Assembly: GCA_951813565.1 (NCBI GenBank)
Contig: OX638351.1
Coordinates: 4,064,001 to 4,128,000 of the forward strand
From: an uncultured Poribacteria bacterium
Lineage (GTDB): Bacteria; Poribacteria; WGA-4E; WGA-3G
DNA length: 64,000 nucleotides
Direction of reading: 5' to 3'
Position numbers and translations under genes: made by a program. The notes beneath the pieces were generated by a model, which saw nothing but the letters and a program-made list of their open reading frames with translations, was not told the origin of the DNA and searched no databases. Shown piece after piece: positions 1-10,059 of the stretch. How positions within the stretch are numbered: position 1 is the stretch's first letter; the number at the start of each line of letters is the position of its first letter.

Positions 1-467
1 GAATTACGGAGTTCTGAGTGATGTATATCATTTGGGTTCGTTGCTATCTCTTTGAGAGTATTTTTTATAATTTGTTGAAGTAAAAGTTTTTGGTCTATGC
101 CTTGTAGAATACTGAAGTTGGCAGGTGCATACGCTTGAAAGGGGAATTCTCTCAAGATACGTGAGCAGAATGCGTGAACAGTTGAAATAGGTGCTGTGTT
201 CATCTGCTCAATATACTTTTCCCGTATATCTGAATTTTGAGGTTCATTCAGTTTTTGGATAATACGTCCTTTCATCTCGGCAGCAGCTTTATCTGTAAAT
301 GTGATGGCGACGATCTTTTCTGGACTAACGTCTGCCGTCCGCAAAATTTCGAGATAGCGGTCAACCAACACAGTGGTTTTTCCCGATCCTGCCCCTGCTG
401 TGACGCAAATATGTTGTTTAATACTGAGAGCTTCTCGCTGGTTAGGTGTAAGGTTCATTTTTTTCAT
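1..467 (-). CDS. UvrD/AddA-family ATP-dependent helicase(-nuclease), N-terminal part; runs off the window start
   Basis: Not in the ORF track; translated manually: MKKMNLTPNQREAL..CVTAGAGSGKTTVLVDRY..IVAITFTDKAAAEMK..ISTVHAFCSRILREFP. These are SF1A motifs Q, I, Ia and Ib, and the wording is AddA-like. Confidence 0.85.
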   Translation of the reverse strand, partial: MKKMNLTPNQREALSIKQHICVTAGAGSGKTTVLVDRYLEILRTADVSPEKIVAITFTDKAAAEMKGRIIQKLNEPQNSDIREKYIEQMNTAPISTVHAFCSRILREFPFQAYAPANFSILQGIDQKLLLQQIIKNTLKEIATNPNDIHHSELRN

Positions 468-494
468 TGTGGTCGCTGATTATTCAGTAAATTG

Positions 495-1568
495 CTAATT
501 GTTTATAGGTAAAGGAACGATTGCTTTTGGGGACATTGAAATGTTTACGGTATCTCCTGATTTTTTTGTTTTAGTGCCCGGGTTATGAATGATGGCTTTG
601 AGTTTCAGCGTGTCTGCTATTTTCAATTCGTATTCCTCAACTCTACCGAGATAGGTCACTGCACCGACTTTCGCGGCTAATCGGTTTAGAGTAGCGTTTC
701 CATTTAGGTGAATCGTCTCTGGACGAATGGAACAGCTTACCTCTTGTCCAGGGATGAAATTATGATGTACACTTTCGGAGTGGAGCAAACCGACTGATGT
801 TTCAATCGTGGCTTTACCGTTGTCTATTTCTTTAATATTACCTGTTATGAAGTTTGTTTCTCCCACAAAACTTGCTACAAAAGGATCAGCGGGATATTGA
901 TAAATTTCGCGCGGGGTGCCGACTTGGACAAAAACACCATCTTTCATGATTGCCATTCGGTCTGCCATAGAAATTGCTTCAACTTGATCATGTGTTACAT
1001 AGAGAGTCGTGATTTGTGTGCGGTTGTGGATGTCTTTGATTTCGTCTCGTAGGTTTTGGCGGAGTGCAGCGTCCAAATTGCTCAGTGGTTCGTCAAGTAG
1101 TAGGACGCTCGGTTCAATTACTAATGCCCGTGCAAGTGCTATGCGTTGCTGTTGCCCACCGGAAAGCGTGTTAACAGGGCGATCGCGGTATTCGGACATC
1201 TGGACCATCTCAAGCGCGTCTGTAATTTTTTTATGTCGGGTAGGTTTATCAAGTTTGCGGAGTCTGAGACCATATTCAATGTTTTCAGCGACGGTCATGT
1301 GTGGCCAAAGCGCATAGTTTTGAAACACCATGCCGGTGTTGCGTTGGTGTGGTGGAATGTTATTCATCACATCACCGTCGAATCTAAGCTCTCCAGCATC
1401 TGGACGATAGAATCCTGCCAGAACGCGGAGCAACGTTGATTTACCACAACCTGAGGGTCCAAGCAGAAAAAACAATTCACCAGGGGCAATAGTCAAGGAT
1501 ATATTATTGACAGCCACGGTGGTATCAAATGCTTTTGTTATTTGGTTTAATTCGACACTAATTGACAT
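495..1568 (-). CDS. ABC transporter ATP-binding protein (PotA/FbpC type)
   Basis: GPSGCGKS Walker A, LSGGQQQR signature, LLLDEPLSNLD, C-terminal TOBE-like region. Confidence 0.92.
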   Translation of the reverse strand: MSISVELNQITKAFDTTVAVNNISLTIAPGELFFLLGPSGCGKSTLLRVLAGFYRPDAGELRFDGDVMNNIPPHQRNTGMVFQNYALWPHMTVAENIEYGLRLRKLDKPTRHKKITDALEMVQMSEYRDRPVNTLSGGQQQRIALARALVIEPSVLLLDEPLSNLDAALRQNLRDEIKDIHNRTQITTLYVTHDQVEAISMADRMAIMKDGVFVQVGTPREIYQYPADPFVASFVGETNFITGNIKEIDNGKATIETSVGLLHSESVHHNFIPGQEVSCSIRPETIHLNGNATLNRLAAKVGAVTYLGRVEEYELKIADTLKLKAIIHNPGTKTKKSGDTVNISMSPKAIVPLPINN

Positions 1569-1687
1569 ATAACAGATACCTCAACCTAACTTAGACGAGA
1601 CTCACTACTACAGCGTAGGATTGTATAAATAGAATGATGTACTGCTTGTTCATCTATGTTCCTGACGCATCAGAAGTTTATATTGTC

Positions 1688-1897
1688 CGTTGGGTAGAGT
1701 TTGCGAAACCCATAGACGTCAATATAAGAAGACAAGCGTTCGTAGTCGCGCAATTCATAGCGCCTCTTTCTGTTGAATCTCGGATTTTTCCCTTTTTCTT
1801 GTAGGAGCGAACTCCTGGTCGCGACATATTACGAACGATCGCGAGCTGGAGCTCGCTCCTACAGAAGAAATCGGGTTGAAAACCCCTCCTACAAGAA
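1688..1897. repeat. Cluster of GTAG-type REP-like hairpins plus a truncated CATAG-TIR MITE end
   Basis: gtaggagcgaactcc...ggagctcgctcctac inverted pair (1801-1862); gtagtcgcgcaattcat; aacccctcctac; catagacgtcaat at 1711. Confidence 0.75.
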
Positions 1898-1958
1898 GAT
1901 ATATCCTTAACGTATGTGATAAAATGTGTCAGAATGTAGAAAACTAAATAATCCTGGC

Positions 1959-2771
1959 TTATTCATTTATATCCTTGACGCATCGGAAACCGATAGTGCT
2001 TCCTGTCGTGAGGTGATACCATCGGTCGGCAACACGCAGATCGTCAGGACTTCCACCCCAACCACCACCACGTAAAATACGAAAATTTTCATTATCAGGA
2101 GCGAATTTTCTGCCGTAACGCGGATTGTTTTTGGGAGACGTTTCATAGAATTCACCGTTATACTCATCAAAACACCATTCCCAGACGTTTCCTGCCGTAT
2201 CGTATAAATCGAAACCGTTTGGCAGAAAACTCCCGACAGGTGCTGTCCATTTCCACTTATCTACACCACCTACACCACCAAAATTCGCATCATCATGGGT
2301 AATTATATCACCGGATGGGTACTTTTTTCCAATGAGATTACCGCGTGCTGCATACTCCCATTCAGCCTCAGTCGGTAGCCTTTTACTTGCCCAGTTTGCA
2401 TAAGCAACAGCATCATGCCATGTCACATTAACGACTGGACCGTCAGGCTTGTTGAACTTTGGGTCGTGCCACAAAGGTGGTGTCGGATATCCGGTCGCTA
2501 ATACGAACTGTTGGTAGCGTGCATTTGTAACTTCGTGTATGTCCATATAGAAGGCATCAACAAAAACCTCATGGACTGGATATTCATCTGAGTCCCCCGT
2601 GCCTTCCTTCGGATTACCCATCTGAAAAGTTCCGGATGGGATCAGACGCATTTGCGCACCATCAATCGGAGAGACGATTATTTCAGTTATCTCCTTTGAC
2701 GGGACAGCATTTTGAGAAGTCTCCATACATGCACAAAAGAAACAGATTGAAAGCAGAAAAATGCCTTTCAT
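1959..2771 (-). CDS. Formylglycine-generating-enzyme (SUMF1/FGE-sulfatase) domain protein, probably exported
   Basis: RLPTEAEWEYAARG, GNVWEWC and GFRC motifs. The likely start MKGIFLL at 2771 gives a hydrophobic N-terminus. Confidence 0.85.
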   Translation of the reverse strand: MKGIFLLSICFFCACMETSQNAVPSKEITEIIVSPIDGAQMRLIPSGTFQMGNPKEGTGDSDEYPVHEVFVDAFYMDIHEVTNARYQQFVLATGYPTPPLWHDPKFNKPDGPVVNVTWHDAVAYANWASKRLPTEAEWEYAARGNLIGKKYPSGDIITHDDANFGGVGGVDKWKWTAPVGSFLPNGFDLYDTAGNVWEWCFDEYNGEFYETSPKNNPRYGRKFAPDNENFRILRGGGWGGSPDDLRVADRWYHLTTGSTIGFRCVKDINE

Positions 2772-2772
2772 A

Positions 2773-4236
2773 CTAATTTTCAGGAACCTTTCCAAATTTG
2801 GAAGCAACCTCTGCTGCAGTTTCAATCAATCGTTTCTGTTCTTTTTCGTAAACTGTTCGCACATCAAACCATAGCTGCTCATCTTGAACCCGCCCTATGA
2901 TAGGTGTGCTGCCGTGCCTGAAATATTCCGCAAGTTTCCCAACAGAAATCTTCAACGGATTTAACACTATGGCGACACTCGGTAGTGTTTCAACCGGCAG
3001 TGAGCCACTTCCGATTTGCGAATGTGTCTCTGCAATATCAACCGCAACGGTTTCTGCAAAAATTTTTTTGAGTCTGCCTACAATTTCGTTTGCAGTAATG
3101 TGCAGATCGTCAATGGGTCGAGTATAACGCTGAAGCATTGGGAACTGTGTTAAAAGGGTATCTGGATTAAAGTAAGCCTGCAAGGTTGCCGATAATGCTG
3201 CGATAGTCAGTTTATCTACGCGTAGTGCACGCATCAGCGGATTCTTACGGATTTGCTGAATCCATTCGGCTTTTCCGGCTATAATGCCTGCTTGTGGCCC
3301 GCCCAGTAACTTGTCACCGCTAAAAGTTACAATGTCTACCCCCCAAGTTATTCTATCAGCAACAACGGGTTCATGGGGAAGTCCATAGGTAGAAAGATCT
3401 ATTAGCGCACCGCTGCCTAAATCCTCCATCGTTGGGATACCGTGTTCGGTGCCAAGTTGTGTCAATTCGTTCATTTCAGGTGTTGTTGTAAAACCGACAA
3501 TCTTATAATTGCTTGGATGAACCTTTAATATGAGTGCTGTATTTTCGTTAATTGCATCCGCATAATCGCGAAGATGCGTCCGATTTGTCGTTCCTACCTC
3601 CCTGAGAATAGCCCCACTGGCTATCATTACGTCAGGGATTCGGAAGGCACCGCCTATTTCAATTAATTCGCCGCGTGATACGATTACTTCTCTGCCTTGT
3701 GCTACGGTCTGCAGAGCAATTAACACAGCTGCTGCATTGTTATTAACGACTGTTGATGCTTCACATCCTGTTAATTGTTGAAGGAGGGGTTCCGTAATCC
3801 TATCTCTGTGCCCACGCTTGCCTGTTTCAATGTCATACTCCAAGTTGACGTAATTCTGTGCTGCTTCTTGAAGACTTTCACACGCAGTAGGCGATAGCAA
3901 GGCGCGACCAAGGTTTGTGTGCGTAACAGTTCCAGTTGCGTTAACGACGGTACAGAGTGAAGAACAGGTCTTCTCCTCAATTCGTCGGCGCGCCAACGCG
4001 GCGTATTCTTCTAATTTGGGCAGTTCCGGTTTCGTATTTCCCTGAAGTATTTGGTCTCGAATGTCAGAAACGATTGACCGTAGTGCTGCTGTTACAAGTG
4101 ATCGAGCGTAAGAATTTTGCAGTGCCTGTATCTCCGGCAGCGATAGAAGTTTTTCAATCGCCGGGAGTTGGCGCAGCAAGATTTTACCATTATCACTGTT
4201 TTGTTCATCTGTTTTGATAGTCAATTTCTTTTCCAA
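2773..4236 (-). CDS. selA: L-seryl-tRNA(Sec) selenium transferase
   Basis: NATGTVTHTNLGRA, VNNNAAAV, SRGELIEIGG, EVGTTNRTH and FSGDKLLGGPQAG (PLP lysine). Confidence 0.96.
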   Translation of the reverse strand: MEKKLTIKTDEQNSDNGKILLRQLPAIEKLLSLPEIQALQNSYARSLVTAALRSIVSDIRDQILQGNTKPELPKLEEYAALARRRIEEKTCSSLCTVVNATGTVTHTNLGRALLSPTACESLQEAAQNYVNLEYDIETGKRGHRDRITEPLLQQLTGCEASTVVNNNAAAVLIALQTVAQGREVIVSRGELIEIGGAFRIPDVMIASGAILREVGTTNRTHLRDYADAINENTALILKVHPSNYKIVGFTTTPEMNELTQLGTEHGIPTMEDLGSGALIDLSTYGLPHEPVVADRITWGVDIVTFSGDKLLGGPQAGIIAGKAEWIQQIRKNPLMRALRVDKLTIAALSATLQAYFNPDTLLTQFPMLQRYTRPIDDLHITANEIVGRLKKIFAETVAVDIAETHSQIGSGSLPVETLPSVAIVLNPLKISVGKLAEYFRHGSTPIIGRVQDEQLWFDVRTVYEKEQKRLIETAAEVASKFGKVPEN

Positions 4237-4282
4237 AATAAATGGGATAGTTGTATCGAAAAAGTGCTTACTTATCTATTTT

Positions 4283-4779
4283 AACGTGAGTTTAATAATT
4301 AAATTGAATATAGTAGGTTGGGTAGAGCGAAGCGAAACCCATAAATCAACGCTATGAATGCCTTTTGGCGGAATACGCTTTTGGTATTCCGCATGATTCA
4401 GCCAAATCAACGCAGCATGCGCCAAATCAACGCCAAATGCGCTTTTTGGCATTTGGCGGGTGTCAATTTAAGGATTTATTTTAGGTTTCACACACTTTAA
4501 CCCAAACAACACCGTAACCCGATTGTAGGGGCGGGTCTCTGTGCCCGCCCGTTGTTTGAATACATCAGCAATGGCGGGGCACCAAATCAAGAAATCAACG
4601 GTATGAATCATGGCGAATGCCAAAAGCGCATTCGTCTTTAGTCATTCACCGGGTATGAATGCCTTATGTCATTCCCCGGGACCCCGCCCTACAAGGTTTG
4701 ACGGGATTTATCCCCTAAATTGACGCCTATGGGTAGAGCGAAGCGAAACCCAACCTACGGGATTTATCAAACCCACGTT
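4283..4779. mobile_element. AAC-TIR MITE (AACGTGAGTT...AACCCACGTT), 5-bp TSD ATTTT, carrying nested elements
   Basis: ATTTT at 4278-4282 and 4780-4784; terminal inverted repeats; same family at 11016 and 50778. Confidence 0.75.
4340..4731. mobile_element. CATAG-TIR MITE (IS4/IS231-like ends) inserted in a REP hairpin, 19-bp TSD
   Basis: GGTAGAGCGAAGCGAAACC at 4321-4339 and 4732-4750; right TIR TAAATTGACGCCTATG; left TIR interrupted by micro-hairpins. Confidence 0.8.
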
Positions 4780-4945
4780 ATTTTATGAAGATAAATTTTA
4801 TCAAATTAACCTTCAATTGTCAAACTAATATATAAACCGAACAGTCTTGTAAATTAAAAACACCAATTATCTCTATAGTTGTGATAAAATATGAATTAGG
4901 AGTATAAACAGAACGATACAAACAGAAATTTAGGGAGTTGCGAAC

Positions 4946-5785
4946 ATGCCCGAACAACTTTTCATCAGTCAAGAATTTACACCTATTAACGGATTTACGT
5001 CTGGAATCGAGGGGCCTGCCTGCGATGCCGATGGCAATCTATATGCCGTTAACTTTGAACGGCAACACACTATCGGTAAGGTAACACCTGATGCCGAAGC
5101 AAGCGTTTTTGTAGAACTACCTACCGGTAGTATTGGAAATGGAATCCGTTTCAATAGTGAAGGCTTCATGCTCATTGCAGACTATACGAACCACAATGTC
5201 CTAAAGGTGGATATGCAAACGCGCGAAATTAGCGTTCACGCACACGAACCGACAATGAATCAACCGAATGACCTTGCAATCGGTGCTAATGATATTCTCT
5301 ACGCCAGCGATCCCAATTGGGGCGAGTCAACTGGGCAGATTTGGCGTGTGGATACAGACGGACAGGTTACACTGTTGGAAGCGGGTATGGGTACGACAAA
5401 CGGCATTGAGGTTAGTCCCGATGAAAAGGTACTTTATGTAAACGAATCGGCACAGCGTAACATCTGGGCTTATGACCTATCGTCTGCTGGAGAGATCAGC
5501 AATAAGCGGTTATTAATTCAGTTTCCAGATTTTAATATGGACGGAATGCGGTGTGATATTGAAGGCAATCTTTATGTCACTCGGCACGGCAAGGGTACAG
5601 TGGCAAAACTTTCGCCAGAAGGGGAAGTACTATTAGAGATTGAATTGACAGGCAAACTCTGTACCAATATCGCTTTCGGCGGTCCAGATGGATGCACATG
5701 CTACGTCACAATGGCTGACCGCGGGAATGTAGAGGTATTTCGCGCCGACATTCCCGGTAGGAGTTGGCGGCTATTCCAACGATAA
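4946..5785 (+). CDS. SMP-30/gluconolactonase/LRE family beta-propeller
   Basis: EGP, PND, NGI and DGM metal-ligand motifs; TNIAFGG; GGGAG RBS. Confidence 0.92.
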   Translation: MPEQLFISQEFTPINGFTSGIEGPACDADGNLYAVNFERQHTIGKVTPDAEASVFVELPTGSIGNGIRFNSEGFMLIADYTNHNVLKVDMQTREISVHAHEPTMNQPNDLAIGANDILYASDPNWGESTGQIWRVDTDGQVTLLEAGMGTTNGIEVSPDEKVLYVNESAQRNIWAYDLSSAGEISNKRLLIQFPDFNMDGMRCDIEGNLYVTRHGKGTVAKLSPEGEVLLEIELTGKLCTNIAFGGPDGCTCYVTMADRGNVEVFRADIPGRSWRLFQR

Positions 5786-5993
5786 AGAGACATCCAATTG
5801 TTGAGTTTTCTTATTGAAAAATAAAGGATATAGTTTCCAAAAGTTGTATGAGGCACAATGAATTGCGCTTAAACGCTTTTGTTTTTCTATCCAGATCAAC
5901 CCGAATAGGCTTGGCAGAATACACGTGTGGTATTCTACATGATTCGTCGGATAGAACCCTCTAACAATATCAGGTGCGGTTAGGAAACTGCAC

Positions 5994-6404
5994 CATAGGC
6001 GTCAATTTAGGGGATAAATCCCGTCAAACCTTGTAGGGCGGGGTCCCTGTGCCCCATAGGCGTCAATTTAAGCACATAATTACCAGATTGTCTCTTGTGG
6101 GAGTGAATCAACGCCAAATGCGCTTTTTGGCATTTGGCGGGTTTGTAACCCCGATTTTGTGAACCTAAACTAATTAAATCGGGGTTACAAACCCGCAGCA
6201 TGTCACACGCGCATGCTGCGTTGATTCACTCCTACAAGAAAATCTATCCTTAAATTGACGCCTATGGGCGGGTCTCTGTGCCCCGCCATTGCTGATGTAT
6301 TCAAACAACGGGCGGGCACAGAGACCCGCCCTACAATCGGGTTACGGTGTTGTTTGGGTTAAAATGTGTGAAACCTGAAATAAATCCTTAAATTGACACC
6401 TATG
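5994..6404. mobile_element. CATAG-TIR MITE with 19-bp TSD, containing a second copy (6055-6266)
   Basis: TGCGGTTAGGAAACTGCAC at 5975-5993 and 6405-6423; CATAGGCGTCAATTTA...TAAATTGACACCTATG. The inner copy has an imperfect 17-18-bp duplication. Confidence 0.85.
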
Positions 6405-6517
6405 TGCGGTTAGGAAACTGCACCTACCAGGTTAGGGTAATCGTGGTTGGAAACACCTCTAACTATGGTGACTTGTGCAATTGAATGTCTCTGGTTCATA
6501 TATAAAAAGTTTGACAT

Positions 6518-7429
6518 TATAGTTAAAATCATAAATATATTTACATTTTTCCGTTTTTGTGATAATAGTTATATTATGAGATATTCACAAGACTTACGAA
6601 AACGCGTTCTTGATTTCATAGCAGATGGTAATAGTAAAGCAGAAACTTCTCGCAGATTTCAAGTTTCACGCCGTTGTATCTATAACTGGTTAGACGCAGC
6701 CGACCCTTTTACTTACGAAAAACCGGGGCCTCGTAAACCTTATCGGCTTGACCCAGAAGCACTCGCTGAACATGTCAAAGAGTTCCCAGACAGCACGCAG
6801 AAAGAACGCGCTGCACATTTTGGCGTGTCGCAGCGTTGTATCTGTTATCGTCTGAAAAAGATCGGATACACACGTAAAAAAAGACATTCACCTACAAGGA
6901 ACAATGCGCTGTAAAACAGGATACCTATCGCGCTCAGCTTCAGATGGCACTTCAAAACGGAAAAATACCTGTTTTTGTTGATGAAAGCGGTTTTACTACA
7001 GAAAGTGTTCGGCAGTATGCTTATGCGCCGAAAGGAGTTTGCGTTACGGATAAAATCTCAAGTAATCGGTATAGAAGCACAACGCTCATTGCTGCGCAAA
7101 TCCAGGGGCGTTTTACAGCACCTGTGCTTTTTGAAGGTGCTTGTGATACGCTTGCCTTCAATGCGTGCGTGGCTTGAGAATGTGCTGTGTCCACTACTTG
7201 ACGCATCGCATGTTGTCATATTGGATAATGCGTCTTTCCATAAAAGCCAGCAAACAGAGGCATTGATTACTGCTTCCGGTGCGAGTTTACTTTTTTTACC
7301 TCCGTATTCGCCTCAACTTAATCCTATTGAAAGAGATTTTGCGAACATAAAGCGCAAATGGGAATACAATGCCGAAGCGTCAATTGACGAAATCATAAAA
7401 ATGTCCAAGTAATTATGGTTTCCACTATA
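6518..7429 (+). mobile_element. IS630-family insertion sequence
   Basis: TA-flanked imperfect TIRs (TATAGTTAAAATCATAA / TTATGGTTTCCACTATA); HTH orfA MRYSQDLRKRV; DDE motifs VDESGF, ILDNASFH and LPPYSPQLNPIE. Confidence 0.92.
6576..7412 (+). pseudogene. IS630 transposase, frameshifted
   Basis: A normal -1 slippery A7G site near 6876-6883 joins orfA and orfB. An extra GCGT duplication at 7163-7170 breaks the DDE domain. Confidence 0.8.
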
Positions 7430-7548
7430 ATTCAGATTTCGTGTAGATTATATCTATCATCAGACGTGCTTTCTTAGACACAGAAAAAGTTTGTTGACTC
7501 GCCAGCGGAGAAGGAGTTAGAACAGTGGACAGAAATGGAAGGTAAAAA

Positions 7549-8958
7549 ATGAGCCCCCCCAATATAATTTTAATGATGTGCGACGACTTGGGATATGGTG
7601 ATGTCGGATTTAACGGAAATGGGATAATCAAAACCCCGAATTTGGACCTTCTGACGAGCAATGGGATCCGATTCACGCGATTTTATGCGGGAGGGCCAGT
7701 GTGCTCGCCAACGCGTGGCACGTGTTTAACTGGGCGACATTATTTTCGATATGGCGTAACACATGCCAATCGTGGGCACTTACCTGCACAGGAAATAACA
7801 CTGGCGCGAATGTTAAAATCCTTTGGATATGCAACCGGACATTTTGGCAAATGGCATCTGGGCACACTGGACCCAAATTATTCGGGTAAGCGCAATCGTA
7901 ATCCAGCACGGAATTACGCTCCGCCGTGGGAGCGTGATTACGATACTTCTTTTGCCACGGAGTATGCAGTTCCCACTTGGGATCCCGCAGTAGGTTTCCA
8001 GAGGGACGGAAAGCGTGTGGACCGCCCCTGGGCCTCGCCTTATTACGAAAATGGAACACTGGCAACGGAAAATCTGGAAGGATGCGATTCCCGGGTATTA
8101 ATGGATCGCGCGATTCCATTTATTGAACAAGCTATTGAAAATGTCAAACCGTTCTTTACGACAATCTGGTTTCACGCACCCCATAGCCCAGTCGTTGCCG
8201 GACCGGAATATCGCGCAATGTATTCCGAATATAGCGAAGATGAGCAGCACTATTACGGTTGTATTACTGCCATAGACGATCAGGTGGGACGATTGTATCA
8301 CACATTGGCGGCATGGGGCGTATCCCAGAACACCATGATCTGGTTCTGTTCGGACAACGGGCCCGAGGGGCGCACTGGTCGAGATGGCCGTAACCGTGGA
8401 TCAACAGGCGGCTTGCGCGGGCGAAAACGATCTTTGTTTGACGGTGGCGTGGGCGTACCCGCGTTATTGCACTGGCCAGGTCATGCAGACCCCGGTCGCG
8501 TGGTAGAAATGCCGTGCAGCACGTTGGATTACTTCCCGACAATCGCCGAGGTCATGGAATATGAAATGCCAGATAATCGTCCGATTGACGGCATCAGTCT
8601 GCTACCGACCATTGAAGGAAACATGTCAGAACGCCCCACTCCGATTCCGTATCGGTTCAACAGTGGAAAAGGCGCAATGTTTGGCGCACCGACCATCGCA
8701 ATGATGGACAACCGTTATAAATGCTTGACCAACCTATCGAGTGATGGCAGCGAAGATTTGTGTTTTGACATGATTAAAGACCGTGCAGAAACGACCAACT
8801 TGGCAAATGAACAACGCGAGCATATCGGGCAAACCCGCAAGACCCTGCGCGAATGGCTCCGCTCATGTGAGGTTAGCCACAATGGTGGGGATTACGACGA
8901 GGCTTATGAACCGGTCGCGCCATTTGAAGAAGTCACTGGAGACTGGCACTCAAGATGA
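7549..8958 (+). CDS. Sulfatase (arylsulfatase A-like, Cys-type)
   Basis: PNIILMMCDDLG, CSPTR, GKWHLG, SDNG and LRGRK motifs. Confidence 0.95.
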   Translation: MSPPNIILMMCDDLGYGDVGFNGNGIIKTPNLDLLTSNGIRFTRFYAGGPVCSPTRGTCLTGRHYFRYGVTHANRGHLPAQEITLARMLKSFGYATGHFGKWHLGTLDPNYSGKRNRNPARNYAPPWERDYDTSFATEYAVPTWDPAVGFQRDGKRVDRPWASPYYENGTLATENLEGCDSRVLMDRAIPFIEQAIENVKPFFTTIWFHAPHSPVVAGPEYRAMYSEYSEDEQHYYGCITAIDDQVGRLYHTLAAWGVSQNTMIWFCSDNGPEGRTGRDGRNRGSTGGLRGRKRSLFDGGVGVPALLHWPGHADPGRVVEMPCSTLDYFPTIAEVMEYEMPDNRPIDGISLLPTIEGNMSERPTPIPYRFNSGKGAMFGAPTIAMMDNRYKCLTNLSSDGSEDLCFDMIKDRAETTNLANEQREHIGQTRKTLREWLRSCEVSHNGGDYDEAYEPVAPFEEVTGDWHSR

Positions 8959-8991
8959 AACAGAAATTAGTAAAGAAAGAGTGCCATTCGG

Positions 8992-9074
8992 GTTCGGAAG
9001 GTATTTCCAGTTTGAAGGAAATTGAAACTGAATGAAAGAGTGGAAGGTGTATCTGGTCTGAATGGTATTGAGAC
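8992..9074 (+). repeat. Two degenerate 37-nt CRISPR-like repeats separated by 9 nt
   Basis: GTTCGGAAGGTATTTCCAGTTTGAAGGAAATTGAAAC and GAGTGGAAGGTGTATCTGGTCTGAATGGTATTGAGAC; 25/37 identical; ATTGA(A/G)AC 3-prime ends. Confidence 0.5.
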
Positions 9075-9216
9075 GCAACAACTATGAGTCAAGCAAGGAA
9101 AAGGCACGTTTCCAAAACGTGCCTATATTTATGTTAATTTGTTCTTGTATGATTCAGAGAATGTGCTTCACAGTCAAGATGTGTACACAACAATTGAATG
9201 GCTCTGCTAACGATAA

Positions 9217-9429
9217 GGGTGTGTAAATATTTGGTTACATAGGTTCAATTTGCAATGATTACGCGGCGTTTTCCACTGTAGGGAGGGGTCCCTGTGCCCC
9301 GCCACTGCACAGGACGTGCCATGCAACGGGCAGGCACCAAATCAACGGTCCGAATGCCTTTTAGCATTCCCCGGAGACCCGCCCCTACAATAGGAGTTGT
9401 GCGGATTTCTACAAAAACTTTACACACCC
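9217..9429. mobile_element. MITE with GGGTGTGTAAA TIRs and 9-bp TSD (IS256-like geometry)
   Basis: TAACGATAA at 9208-9216 and 9430-9438; contains a REP pair and a micro-hairpin; partial inverted copy at about 19584-19675. Confidence 0.85.
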
Positions 9430-9445
9430 TAACGATAAAACTCCC

Positions 9446-9474
9446 TTGACAGGCGGTCCAGTCTGTGATATTAT
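9446..9474 (+). promoter_or_regulatory. Sigma70-type promoter
   Basis: TTGACA-17 bp-TATTAT with an extended TG, 21 bp upstream of the O-methyltransferase start. Confidence 0.6.
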
Positions 9475-9495
9475 GCCTACTTTATCAACACATGG

Positions 9496-10059
9496 ATGGT
9501 ATCTAATCTGGTAATGGAAAATTACGAACCTATTTTAAAACGGCTTGAAAAAACCGCAAAACAGTATACCAATATCGCACCCGAAAACGGGCAATTTCTT
9601 TCTATCCTCATCCGATCTATTCACGCGCAAAACGTCCTTGAAGTCGGTACAAGTAATGGTTACTCCACAATTTGGCTTGCGGCTGCGCTAAAGGAAACTG
9701 GAGGCAAACTCATCACCTTGGAGTTTGATCCAAAACGTGCAGCAGAGGCACAAGCACACCTCAAAGAAGTTAATTTACACGATATTGTTGAAATACGGGT
9801 TGGCAATGCACTTGATGAAATTCCTCAATGTAGTGCGACTGTCGACCTTGTGTTCCTTGATGCTGAGAAAAGCGAATACCGACGTTATCTTGAATTGGCA
9901 TTGCCTAACGTTCGGGCGGGCGGTTTAATTGTGGCTGATGATACCGTGACGATGCGCAATGAAATGTTGGATTATGTGGAATTCGTCTTTAACACATCTC
10001 TATTAAATTCTGTTGACATTCCTCTGGACGATGGTATAATTCTAAGCTATAAAACCTAA
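9496..10059 (+). CDS. SAM-dependent O-methyltransferase (Methyltransf_3, YrrM/COMT-like)
   Basis: VLEVGTSNGYSTIWLA, VFLDAEKSEY and GGLIVADD motifs. Confidence 0.9.
   Translation: MVSNLVMENYEPILKRLEKTAKQYTNIAPENGQFLSILIRSIHAQNVLEVGTSNGYSTIWLAAALKETGGKLITLEFDPKRAAEAQAHLKEVNLHDIVEIRVGNALDEIPQCSATVDLVFLDAEKSEYRRYLELALPNVRAGGLIVADDTVTMRNEMLDYVEFVFNTSLLNSVDIPLDDGIILSYKT

Noticed and set aside
237..479. 80-aa plus-strand ORF
   Set aside because: It is the antisense shadow of the UvrD/AddA helicase on the minus strand.
2773..4236. Selenoprotein genes or tRNA-Sec near selA
   Set aside because: I found no convincing in-frame TGA read-through, selB, selD or tRNA cloverleaf by eye. tRNAscan-SE and bSECISearch would be needed to exclude them.
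6007..6201. Short ORFs within repeat clusters (also 9245, 33597, 41368, 58047, 58466, 61131)
   Set aside because: They are translations of REP/MITE sequence with no RBS or protein features.
6447..6575. N-terminal extensions in the ORF track (also 19691, 16726, 27843, 31870, 12845)
   Set aside because: The extensions cross IS ends or upstream genes. Downstream starts match family N-termini and RBS positions.
8940..9080. A functional CRISPR array
   Set aside because: Only two degenerate units with a 9-nt gap and no cas genes or leader. Kept as a CRISPR-like repeat only.
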